From Chloroflexota bacterium (GTDB lineage: Bacteria; Chloroflexota; UBA11872; VXNJ01), in assembly GCA_030744875.1 (NCBI GenBank), contig JASLPR010000041.1:35816-99815 (forward strand): a stretch of DNA of 64,000 nt, given 5' to 3'. How positions within the stretch are numbered: position 1 is the stretch's first letter; each line of letters starts with the position of its first letter. A program made the position numbers and the translations under genes. Of the stretch, positions 55,956 through 64,000 are shown piece after piece. The notes below the pieces were generated by a model that was not told the DNA's origin, ran no database searches, and saw only the letters and a list, made by a program, of their open reading frames with translations.

Positions 55956-58115
55956 CTAGGAGACGAGGACTTCGCGGCTGGGATGACCCTCACGCTCGGG
56001 CCCGACGATTCCCCGTTCCTCAAGGATGACGATAAGCTTACCGGCCTTTTTGGCGCCGACTTTGAGTTCGCGCTGCAGGAGCGGGCCGGAGGCGTAGTTG
56101 AACTGGCGGACGAGATCGACGGCGTCGGCGACGAGCTCGTCGTCCTCTCTTTCGCCGGATTCGACGGCGTCAGCGATTTCTTCTTGGCTGACGCAGTCGG
56201 TATCGCCCTGCTCGGCCCAGTGGCGAACCAGACGGTGGATTTCATGGTCGGAGGCCATGGCGCCCTGCATGCGGGTGAGTTTGCCGGAGTCGGCGGAGGC
56301 GTAGAGCATGTCGCCACGGCCGACGAGGCGTTCGGCGCCGCCGCTGTCGAGGATGGTGCGGGAGTCGACCTGGCTGCTGACCATGAAGGCGACGCGGGTG
56401 GGAAAGTTGGCTTTGATGAGTCCGGTAACGACATCGACGGAAGGCCGCTGGGTGGCGATGACGAGATGGATACCGACGGCGCGGGCCATCTGGGCGAGGC
56501 GGCAGACGTAGCGCTCGACTTCGGCGGGAGCCGTCATCATCAGGTCGGCGAGTTCGTCGATGACGATCACCAGGTGGGGGAGTTTTTCGCGATCGGTGTC
56601 CTCGGCATCACGGTTGTAGGTTTCGAGATTGCGATGATTGGTGCCGGAGAGGAGGGTGTAACGGCGGGTCATCTCGCCAGTGGCCCAGGCGAGGACGGAG
56701 ACGACTTCATCGAGGCGGGTGACCACCGGCATCTTGAGATGGGGGATGTCGTTGTAGACGACGAGTTCGACCATCTTGGGATCAATCAGGACCAGCCGGA
56801 GATCGTCGGGGGAGTGGCGGTAGAGCAGGCTGACGAGGACGGCGTTGAGGAAGACGGATTTCCCGGCCCCGGTGGCCCCGGCGATAAGGAGGTGGGGCAT
56901 CGTGCTAAGTGATTTCACGCAGGCTTCGTCGGCGACGTTTTTACCGAGGGCAAGGGGGAGCGGGGCGGTCGTTTCCACGAAGGCGGAGGACTCGAGCATT
57001 TCTCGGACGGAGACAACGGCGGGGGTGCGATTGGGGAATTCGAGTCCGACGTAGGGACGGCCGGGGATGGGGGCCTCGATGCGGACGTTGCGCGCCGAGA
57101 GGGCGAGCGAAAGGTCGTTGGCGAGGGAGCTTATGCGGGCAACCTTTACGCCGGCGGAAGGACTGAGGCAGTACTGGGTCACGACGGGACCGGGGATGGC
57201 TTCGACGACGCGGACGTCAACGTTGAAATCGGCGAGGGTGGACTCGATGATGGCCGCGTTTTCTTCGATCTCTTCGGGGGAGACGCGCTCGCGCTCGGCG
57301 GAGGGCTCGAAGAGGTCGATGGCGGGGAGTTGCCAGGATCCGGAACTGGTCGGGGCTACGGAACCGTTGGCGGCGGGGGCGGCGGGAGCGGTGTTCTTGA
57401 TCTTGAGCAGGGGTTGCTGCTCCCAGCCGTTGGCGGCTTCGTCGGGCGCGACGAGGGAGGGGGGAACGGTGGAAGAGGGGGACGCGGAGCTAGGGGCGGG
57501 CTCCTCGTCGGCGCGGGCTTCAAGGCGATCGATTGTGCGGAATGCCCGGCCGCGCAGCCAGACGGATGCCACGATCGCGAGGTGGCCGAGGCGGCCGACG
57601 TGACGGATGGAGACGATCGGGAGACGGAGGGAGAAGGTGAGCCCCCCGAATACGGCGAGCAGGAGGATTACCAGCGCGCCAAAACCGCCGAGCGCGCGCT
57701 GCAGATTCCAGCCGAGGTGGAAACCGGCGAGGCCGCCGCCGTCCGAGCCGGAGGAGGTGGCCTCGAGGCCACTGGAAAGATGGATGAGAGCGGCGACGGC
57801 GGCGATGAGGACGACGCCGGCGACGGCGTTCGCGCCGGTGATAAAGTCGCGGCCGAGGAGACTGCCGATGACGGTGCCGGAGCCCAGGGTGAACAGGACG
57901 AGCATGGCGAGCCAGGCGGAGCGTCCGAACAGATCGGTGAAGGCGACGCCGATGGCGCCGGAGACGACACCGTCGAAGCTGATGAGGCCAAGGAAGCCGA
58001 TGAGGCTGAGCAGGGCCAGGAAGCCGCCCAGGGCGCGACCGAGCCAGAGGGTGTTATCGGGGGAGCGGGATTTACGCAGCGATTTGCGCTTGGGCCCGGC
58101 TTTTGTGGTGGACAA
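55956..58115 (-). CDS. ftsK: DNA translocase FtsK/SpoIIIE
   Basis: N-terminal TM segments, a Pro/Ala/Ser linker, the motor domain GATGAGKSVFLNA Walker A and the C-terminal gamma-like domain. 719 aa. Confidence 0.9.
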   Translation of the reverse strand: MSTTKAGPKRKSLRKSRSPDNTLWLGRALGGFLALLSLIGFLGLISFDGVVSGAIGVAFTDLFGRSAWLAMLVLFTLGSGTVIGSLLGRDFITGANAVAGVVLIAAVAALIHLSSGLEATSSGSDGGGLAGFHLGWNLQRALGGFGALVILLLAVFGGLTFSLRLPIVSIRHVGRLGHLAIVASVWLRGRAFRTIDRLEARADEEPAPSSASPSSTVPPSLVAPDEAANGWEQQPLLKIKNTAPAAPAANGSVAPTSSGSWQLPAIDLFEPSAERERVSPEEIEENAAIIESTLADFNVDVRVVEAIPGPVVTQYCLSPSAGVKVARISSLANDLSLALSARNVRIEAPIPGRPYVGLEFPNRTPAVVSVREMLESSAFVETTAPLPLALGKNVADEACVKSLSTMPHLLIAGATGAGKSVFLNAVLVSLLYRHSPDDLRLVLIDPKMVELVVYNDIPHLKMPVVTRLDEVVSVLAWATGEMTRRYTLLSGTNHRNLETYNRDAEDTDREKLPHLVIVIDELADLMMTAPAEVERYVCRLAQMARAVGIHLVIATQRPSVDVVTGLIKANFPTRVAFMVSSQVDSRTILDSGGAERLVGRGDMLYASADSGKLTRMQGAMASDHEIHRLVRHWAEQGDTDCVSQEEIADAVESGEREDDELVADAVDLVRQFNYASGPLLQRELKVGAKKAGKLIVILEERGIVGPEREGHPSREVLVS

Positions 58116-58163
58116 GGAGGCTCCTATTTGGCGATCGCACAGCGCGATCCTCGCCGCCCTGTG

Positions 58164-59831
58164 TCAAATCTCGGTGACGACCGGCAATATCATCGGCCGA
58201 CGCCGCGTCTGGGCGTACAGGTGCCTCCCTAGCGTAGTTCTAACCTTGTTGTTCAAATATGTCCAGTCCGGTTCTTCGACGACATGGGACCGAATCTCGG
58301 CGGCGAGGGCGGACGCGGCCCGTTCAAGGATCTTCTTGGGGTCGTCGTGATCGGCGAATCCGCGGGAAATAAGGTCGGGTTCACCGAGCAATTCACCGGT
58401 GTGGCGGTCGACGGTGATGGCGGCGATGAGGACACCGTCGTCGGCCAAGCGGCGCCGGTCGCGCAGGATTTCGGCGCCCACATCCCCAACGCCGAGCCCG
58501 TCGACGAAGACGTAGCCGGCCGGGATATGGTCGACAACTTCGAGGGAGTCGGCAGTGAGCTCGATAATGTCACCGGATTCGGCGACCAGGGTGCGATCGG
58601 CGGGGATGCCGACCGAGGCGGCCAGGCGGGACTGCTGGACAAGATGGCGGTATTCCCCGTGGACGGGGATGAGGTAGCGGGGTTTGATCATGCCGAGGAG
58701 GAGCTTTATCTCTTCCTGGCTGGCATGGCCGCTGACGTGGATGGGCATGATCTTTTCGTAGATCACATTTGCGCCACGACGGAAGAGGCGGTTGATGGTG
58801 CCGTTGACCAGTTCTTCGTTGCCAGGGACCGGCGTGGAGGAAAGGACGACGGTGTCTTCGGGGACGAGCTTGATTTGGCGATGGTCGTCGTTGGCGATGC
58901 GGGTGAGGGCGGCGGACGGCTCACCCTGGCTGCCGGTGCAGATGATGACCATCTGGTCGTGGGGAATGCGGTCGATTTCGCTTTTGTCGACGAGGACTCC
59001 GTCGGGGACGTGGAGGTAGCCGAGTTCGATGGCCATCGGGACGTTGCGCTCCATGCTGCGGCCGACGACGGCGACTTTGCGGCCGTAGTCGTGGGCGACT
59101 TCGATGACTTGCTGGATGCGCGAGATCAGCGAGGCGAAGGTGGACATGATGATGCGGCCGGAGGCCTCGGCGAAGACGTTGTCGAAGCTGGCGTAGATGC
59201 TGTGCTCGGAAGGGGTATAGCCAGGGCGATCGGCGTAGGTGCTGTCGCAAAGGAGGGCGAGGACGCCCAGGCGGCCGAGATCACCGAGGGCCTGGAAATC
59301 GGGCGGGATGTCATTGACCGGGGTGTGATCGAACTTGAAGTCGCCGGTGTGGACAACGAGACCGGCTGGGGTGGCGATGGCGATGCCCATGCCGCCCGGG
59401 ATGCTGTGGCAAACGTGGAAGGTGCACACATCTAGTTGGCCGAACTGGAGGATCTCGCCGTGGGTGACCTCGTGAAACTCGGTCTTTTCGACCAGGCCGT
59501 GCTCGGTAAGGCGGGACTTGATGAGCCCGAGCGTCAGGCGGGTGCCGTAGACGGGCAGGTTGACATCGCACAGGAGGTAGGGGAGTGCGCCGATGTGGTC
59601 TTCGTGGCCATGGGTGACGACGATCGCGCGGAAACGGTGGGCGTTATTGCGGACGTAGGTGAAGTCGGGGATGACCAGGTCGATGCCGAACATTTCGGCG
59701 TCGGGGAACATCACGCCGCAGTCGATGATGATGGCGTCGTCGCCGTATTCGATGACGGTGCAGTTGCGGCCGATTTCACCGAGGCCGCCGATGGGGATGA
59801 TGCGAATGGATTCCGCGCTGTTTGAAGTCAT
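58164..59831 (-). CDS. rnj: Ribonuclease J (metallo-beta-lactamase / beta-CASP)
   Basis: IIPIGGLGEIGRNC, VVTHGHEDHIG, 555 aa. Confidence 0.9.
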   Translation of the reverse strand: MTSNSAESIRIIPIGGLGEIGRNCTVIEYGDDAIIIDCGVMFPDAEMFGIDLVIPDFTYVRNNAHRFRAIVVTHGHEDHIGALPYLLCDVNLPVYGTRLTLGLIKSRLTEHGLVEKTEFHEVTHGEILQFGQLDVCTFHVCHSIPGGMGIAIATPAGLVVHTGDFKFDHTPVNDIPPDFQALGDLGRLGVLALLCDSTYADRPGYTPSEHSIYASFDNVFAEASGRIIMSTFASLISRIQQVIEVAHDYGRKVAVVGRSMERNVPMAIELGYLHVPDGVLVDKSEIDRIPHDQMVIICTGSQGEPSAALTRIANDDHRQIKLVPEDTVVLSSTPVPGNEELVNGTINRLFRRGANVIYEKIMPIHVSGHASQEEIKLLLGMIKPRYLIPVHGEYRHLVQQSRLAASVGIPADRTLVAESGDIIELTADSLEVVDHIPAGYVFVDGLGVGDVGAEILRDRRRLADDGVLIAAITVDRHTGELLGEPDLISRGFADHDDPKKILERAASALAAEIRSHVVEEPDWTYLNNKVRTTLGRHLYAQTRRRPMILPVVTEI

Positions 59832-59876
59832 GCTGTGGTTGGTTTCTTTCTGATTGTGAGCGCCAGTGGATTGATT

Positions 59877-60527
59877 CTAGAAAAGGGATAACTGGCGCGG
59901 ACTGTCGGGGTCTGAGTTAGTGTCCGTAGCGGTAGTGGATTCGGGGTCGGGGGATGGGGCGGGCTCGGCGCGGGCGCGGGCGGCGGCGACGACTTCCGGG
60001 ATCTGTCGGAAGTCTTCGGCGAGGGTGTCGGCGAGACCGGGCTGGTGGAGCGAGGCGGCAGGGTGATACATGGCGATGATGATGCGGCCGTCGACTTCGT
60101 GGGAACTGCCGTGGATGCGCGAGATGCGTTCTCCGGGGATGAAGTGGTTCATGGAGAAGCGACCCAGCGTGATGATGGCTTCGGGGTCCATTAGCTCTAT
60201 CTGCCGGCGGAGATGGCCGGAACAGGCTTCGATTTCGGCGGGCTCGGGATCACGGTTGTCGGGCGGGCGGCATTTGACGATGTTGGTGACGAAGACTTCT
60301 TCGCGCTGTAGGCCGATGCCTTCGATGAGGCGGTTGAGGACGTTGCCGGCGTTGCCGACGAACGGGAGGCCCTGGGCGTCTTCGTTGAATCCGGGGGCTT
60401 CGCCGACGAAGAGGTAGGGAGAGGTGGGGTCGCCGTTGCCGGGGACGGAGTTGGTGCGGGTTTCGGCGAGGGGACAGCGCGTGCAGGCGGTGACTTCGGC
60501 AGCGATGTCGGCGAGGCGGTCAGGCAT
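59877..60527 (-). CDS. Uracil-DNA glycosylase family 4 (UdgA-like)
   Basis: CTRCPL Fe-S cysteines, GEAPGFNED (GE[AG]PG motif), FVG and MYHPAASL (HP motif). Confidence 0.8.
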   Translation of the reverse strand: MPDRLADIAAEVTACTRCPLAETRTNSVPGNGDPTSPYLFVGEAPGFNEDAQGLPFVGNAGNVLNRLIEGIGLQREEVFVTNIVKCRPPDNRDPEPAEIEACSGHLRRQIELMDPEAIITLGRFSMNHFIPGERISRIHGSSHEVDGRIIIAMYHPAASLHQPGLADTLAEDFRQIPEVVAAARARAEPAPSPDPESTTATDTNSDPDSPRQLSLF

Positions 60528-60596
60528 GGGGACTCGACGGACAGGATGCGGCGGCCGCCCCCGGGGGAGAGATGGGCGGGGTGGCGACTAGGCGGA

Positions 60597-61514
60597 TCAG
60601 TTGACGGCCTCCGGGGCGTGGAGGAAGGAATCGAGCTTGTAGGGCTGCATGATGGCGGCGAGGTTGTCGGTCATCTCGGGTGGGAACTCGACCAGCGGCA
60701 GACGGGGAGCGCCGGCGGGGAAGCCGCCGAGGTTGAGGGCGGCTTTGACGGCGATGGGGTTGCTCCAACCAGCGGGGAAGAGGGCGCGGAAGAGCGGCAG
60801 GCTATCTAGATGCTTCTTGCGGGAGGTCTCGATATCACCGTCGACGAAGGCGTCGATCATCTGGCGGATTTCTCCGCTGATTACGTGGCTGGCAACGCTG
60901 ATTACACCGACGCCGCCGAGGAGCATCATCGGCAGCGTGTCGACGTCGTTGCCGCTGTAGACGAGGAAGTCGGGATGGGCGGTGCGGATGACTTCGGCAA
61001 TCTGGTCGAGGTCGGCGCTGGCTTCCTTGATGCCGATGATGTTGTCGATCTGGCTGAGGCGAGCGACGGTGTCGGCGTCGATGTTGGTGATTGTGCGACT
61101 GGGGACGTTGTAGAGGATGTTGGGCAGGGGCGTGGCTTCGGCGATCTCTCTGAAATGCTCGTAGAGACCGGCCTGGGGGGGCTTGTTGTAGTAGGGGGCC
61201 ACCTGGAGAAGGCCGTGGACTCCGCAGTCGGCGGCGAGGCGGGAGAGGTGCTTGCTTTCCTCGGTGTTGTAACCGCCGGTGCCGGCGATGATGCGCGCGC
61301 GGCCACCGGCGGCGCGGACGGCCTCGCGGTAGAGATCGGCGCGTTCGGACTCGGTGAGGACGGGTGACTCGCCGGTGGTGCCGGTCGACAGGAGAGTATC
61401 GTTGCCGGCGTCGATGAGGCCTTCGACGAGCCGGCCGTAGGCGTTGAGATCGAGGCTTCCGTCAGCCTTGAAAGGGGTAATCATGGCGGTGATGAGTCGG
61501 CCAAATTCAAGCAT
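60597..61514 (-). CDS. dapA: 4-hydroxy-tetrahydrodipicolinate synthase
   Basis: ITAMITPF, GTTGESP, IKEASADL (Schiff-base Lys context), 305 aa. Confidence 0.9.
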   Translation of the reverse strand: MLEFGRLITAMITPFKADGSLDLNAYGRLVEGLIDAGNDTLLSTGTTGESPVLTESERADLYREAVRAAGGRARIIAGTGGYNTEESKHLSRLAADCGVHGLLQVAPYYNKPPQAGLYEHFREIAEATPLPNILYNVPSRTITNIDADTVARLSQIDNIIGIKEASADLDQIAEVIRTAHPDFLVYSGNDVDTLPMMLLGGVGVISVASHVISGEIRQMIDAFVDGDIETSRKKHLDSLPLFRALFPAGWSNPIAVKAALNLGGFPAGAPRLPLVEFPPEMTDNLAAIMQPYKLDSFLHAPEAVN

Positions 61515-61721
61515 TTTTCGGTCCTCCCGCTACCCGGGTGCGATGTCGCGTTCGGTGGTCAGCACTGGCACAGCCGGACCGGTGGGCTGGTCTGGGTCGA
61601 GGGACCCATTCACCGGGGCGATGTTTGGGCCACCGTTGATGTGGACGCCAGCTTAGCGCGATGGGCGGTTGCTGGCCGCATTTTCTTGTCGGGTGTCGGC
61701 ACGAAGGACGATCGGTGAGGG

Positions 61722-62726
61722 CTAGAACGAGAGGAGCTCGGCAATCTGCACGGAGTTGGTGGCAGCGCCTTTGCGGAGGTTGTCCGAAACCACCCACATG
61801 ACGATGCCATTATCGGAGGAGGTGTCGCGCCGGATTCGACCGACCCAGACGTCGTCGTTGTCACTGGCATCGAGGGCGGTGGGATAGGAACGTTGGGCGA
61901 TATCGTCGACTACTCTGACACCGGGAAAGGAGTCGAGAGCAGCGCGGACGCCGTCTGGGTCAACGGGCCGGGTGCATTCGACGGTGATGGCCTCGGAATG
62001 GGCACGATATACGGGGACGCGCACGCAGGTAGCGGAGACGCGGAGATCGGGCAGATGCATGATCTTGCGGGTCTCGACGGCCATCTTCCATTCTTCAGAC
62101 GTGTAGCCATCTTCGGGGCGGAAGGATTCGACCTCAGGTACCACGTTCTGCACGATCTGGCGCGGCAGGATCTCGACGGCCGGAGGGCTACCGGCGGCGA
62201 CGGCGGCGGTCTGGTGAGTGAGTTCCTGCATGGCCGCGGCGCCGGCACCAGAGACGGACTGATAGGTGGCGGCGATAACGCGCTGGATGCCGAACTCGCG
62301 CTCGACGGGGGTAAGAGCCATGACCATCTGGATGGTGGAGCAGTTCGGGCAAGAGATGATGCCATTGTGCCACTCGATGTCGCCGGGATTAACCTCGGGG
62401 ATCACCAGGGGGACATCGTCGTCGTAGCGCCAAGCGGAGGTCTTGTCGATAACCACGGCGCCGGCCGCGACGGCGTGGGGGGCAAGTTCGCGGCTGATGT
62501 CGGAGTCGACGGCAGAGAAGACCACGTCGATGCCGACGAAGGCTTCGGGGGTGGCTTCGCGGACGGTGAGGTCCTGGCCGCGGAAGTTGATGGTGGTGCC
62601 GGCGCTGCGGCTGCTGGCAAGCGGAATGAGGTCGCGGAGCGGGAAGTTGCGCTCGACCAGTACTTCGAGAACAACGCCGCCGACGGCGCCAGTGGCGCCG
62701 AGGACGCCGACTAGTGGATCAGCCAT
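61722..62726 (-). CDS. asd: Aspartate-semialdehyde dehydrogenase (Gram-positive/archaeal-type)
   Basis: VGVLGATGAVGG NAD(P) motif, active-site IISCPNCSTI, 334-339 aa (ATG at 62726 or TTG at 62741). Confidence 0.9.
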   Translation of the reverse strand: MADPLVGVLGATGAVGGVVLEVLVERNFPLRDLIPLASSRSAGTTINFRGQDLTVREATPEAFVGIDVVFSAVDSDISRELAPHAVAAGAVVIDKTSAWRYDDDVPLVIPEVNPGDIEWHNGIISCPNCSTIQMVMALTPVEREFGIQRVIAATYQSVSGAGAAAMQELTHQTAAVAAGSPPAVEILPRQIVQNVVPEVESFRPEDGYTSEEWKMAVETRKIMHLPDLRVSATCVRVPVYRAHSEAITVECTRPVDPDGVRAALDSFPGVRVVDDIAQRSYPTALDASDNDDVWVGRIRRDTSSDNGIVMWVVSDNLRKGAATNSVQIAELLSF

Positions 62727-62769
62727 TGTGGTTTGTCCCAATCATGGTGTGATGCAGAACAGTTCGTGC

Positions 62770-63555
62770 TTAGGTGAAAAGGAGCCGGTCGAGCCCGACG
62801 ACGAGCCCGGTGAGTGAGCGGACTTTGCGGATGGCAAGGACCACGCCGGGCATGAAGGATTCGCGGCTGGTGGAGTCGTGGCGAATGGTGAGGGTCTGGC
62901 CGAGATCGCCGAAGATGACCTCTTGATGGGCGACGAGGCCGGGGAGGCGGACCGAATGAACCTTGACGCCCTCGTGGTCGCCGCCGCGTACGCCTTCGAG
63001 TGTGAATTTCTCGGTAGGGACGTGGGCGGCGGGGCGCCCCCGGGCATCAACGATGCCGCAGGCGGTCTGGTAGGCGGTGCCGGAGGGAGCGTCGATCTTC
63101 TTGTCGTGGTGCAACTCGATGATCTCGACGTGTTCGAAAAATGGGGCGGCGGTTTCGCAGAGCCGCATAAGCATCACTGCACCGAGGGCGAAATTGGGTG
63201 CGATGAATGCGCCGATGCCGGCCGCACGGGCGCGGGCGTCGATCTCGTCGATGGCCTCGAGGGCGAAGCCAGTGGTGCCAACGACCGGCGAGACGCCGGC
63301 GTCGATGGCGGTGAGGATGTTTGGGGAGCCGGCGGCGGCGTCGGTGAAGTCGACCATGATGTTGGGTGAGGATTCGGCGATGACGCCCGCAAGGTGGGTA
63401 CCAAGCGCGGCGTCGGGAGCGAACGCCTCCACGTGGTCGGCCGGAATCTCCCGCAGATCGCAGAGCCCGACAAGTTGGAAGTCGGACTCGGCGGCGACGG
63501 CCTGCGCGACCTGCCGGCCCATCCGACCGGCAGCTCCGCAGACTAGTACTCGCAC
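62770..63555 (-). CDS. dapB: 4-hydroxy-tetrahydrodipicolinate reductase
   Basis: MRVLVCGAAGRMGR N-terminus, EIIELHHDKKIDAPSGTA (the E-x-H-H-x-x-K-x-D-x-P-S-G-T signature). Confidence 0.9.
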   Translation of the reverse strand: MRVLVCGAAGRMGRQVAQAVAAESDFQLVGLCDLREIPADHVEAFAPDAALGTHLAGVIAESSPNIMVDFTDAAAGSPNILTAIDAGVSPVVGTTGFALEAIDEIDARARAAGIGAFIAPNFALGAVMLMRLCETAAPFFEHVEIIELHHDKKIDAPSGTAYQTACGIVDARGRPAAHVPTEKFTLEGVRGGDHEGVKVHSVRLPGLVAHQEVIFGDLGQTLTIRHDSTSRESFMPGVVLAIRKVRSLTGLVVGLDRLLFT

Positions 63556-63564
63556 GGTTTCCCC

Positions 63565-64000
63565 CTAGCGGCGGTCGAGACCGCCACGCGGTCGGCCACG
63601 GCCGCCACGATCGCTGCGCCCACCACGGTCGCCACCACCACCGTCGCCAGGCCCGTCGGAACGGGAACCGCCGACGCCGTACTCTTCGAGAACGGCGCGC
63701 CGGGAGAGGTTGATGCGGCCGCGATCGTCGACCTCGACGATTTTGACCATGATCTCATCGCCTTCGGAGACGATGTCTTCGACGCGATTGACGTGGTGCT
63801 CGGCAAGCTGCGAAATGTGTACCAGGCCGTCGCGGCCGGGGGCGATCTCGACAAAGGCGCCGAAGTCCATGATGCGAACGACCTGGCCCATGATGACGCG
63901 GCCGACCTCGACATCGCCGGTGATGTCTTTGATCATCTGGACAGCGCGCTGGGCGCCCTCCAGAGACTGGCCCATCACTGTGACCGTGCCGTCTTCGGCG
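63565..64000 (-). CDS. pnp: Polynucleotide phosphorylase, C-terminal KH/S1 region only (the gene continues beyond the window end); RGG-rich tail
   Basis: S1 domain VGRVIMGQVVRIMDFGAFVEIAPGRDGLVHISQLA...GDEIMVKIVEVDDRGRINLSRR, followed by GGRSDRGGRGRPRGG. The frame is open to position 64000. Confidence 0.8.
   Translation of the reverse strand, partial: AEDGTVTVMGQSLEGAQRAVQMIKDITGDVEVGRVIMGQVVRIMDFGAFVEIAPGRDGLVHISQLAEHHVNRVEDIVSEGDEIMVKIVEVDDRGRINLSRRAVLEEYGVGGSRSDGPGDGGGGDRGGRSDRGGRGRPRGGLDRR

Noticed and set aside
54803-56029. 408-aa plus-strand ORF
   Set aside because: Antisense to selD. Gly/Asp/Ala-rich artefact.

Overview
This is a high-GC (~68-70%) bacterial chromosomal segment, probably from a monoderm high-GC lineage. 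A Gram-positive-type asd, rnj and a dapB...dapA-rnj-ftsK gene order point that way, but the phylum cannot be fixed from the sequence alone. The left half (1-30 kb) is accessory-like. It carries a GH127 beta-L-arabinofuranosidase-family gene (5' partial), two divergent MFS transporters, the remnant of a GH116 glycosidase, an RND pump, a sulfatase and a glyoxalase-fold protein. It also has a BudC-like SDR with two tandem HIBADH-family dehydrogenases, an ACR3 arsenite exporter, a large protein with a C-terminal PHP-like domain, and a PDZ serine-protease lipoprotein with a Gly14 linker followed by a frameshifted partial tandem copy. An SDR/ADC-like pair, an interrupted adenosine deaminase and a frameshifted CHASE2 adenylate cyclase complete this half. 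The centre has tRNA-Tyr and tRNA-Asp on the minus strand, a small protein made of two excisionase-type HTH domains, an isolated tpiA, and a 1923-aa gene encoding two complete UvrA units fused in tandem. The right half is mostly housekeeping: ftsY, a glcE/F-like oxidase pair, panC, a trxA / CsoR-like regulator / glutaredoxin-like operon, an MFS transporter and a D-2-hydroxyacid dehydrogenase. It also holds a class V aminotransferase, a half-size ArsA/Get3-like ATPase, a secreted glycosidase-like protein, selD, ftsK, rnj, a family-4 UDG, dapA, asd, dapB and the 3' end of pnp. The selD gene has an in-frame UGA at the conserved Cys/Sec position and a hairpin just downstream, so it is a candidate selenoprotein. 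The points most worth follow-up are the fused double UvrA, the Sec-containing SelD, the duplicated protease with its poly-Gly repeat, the CstR-like regulator flanked by two thioredoxin-fold genes, and five independently broken genes (GH116, YjeF_N, second protease copy, ADA, CHASE2 cyclase) within 64 kb. No integrase, transposase, CRISPR array or recognisable defence gene was seen.
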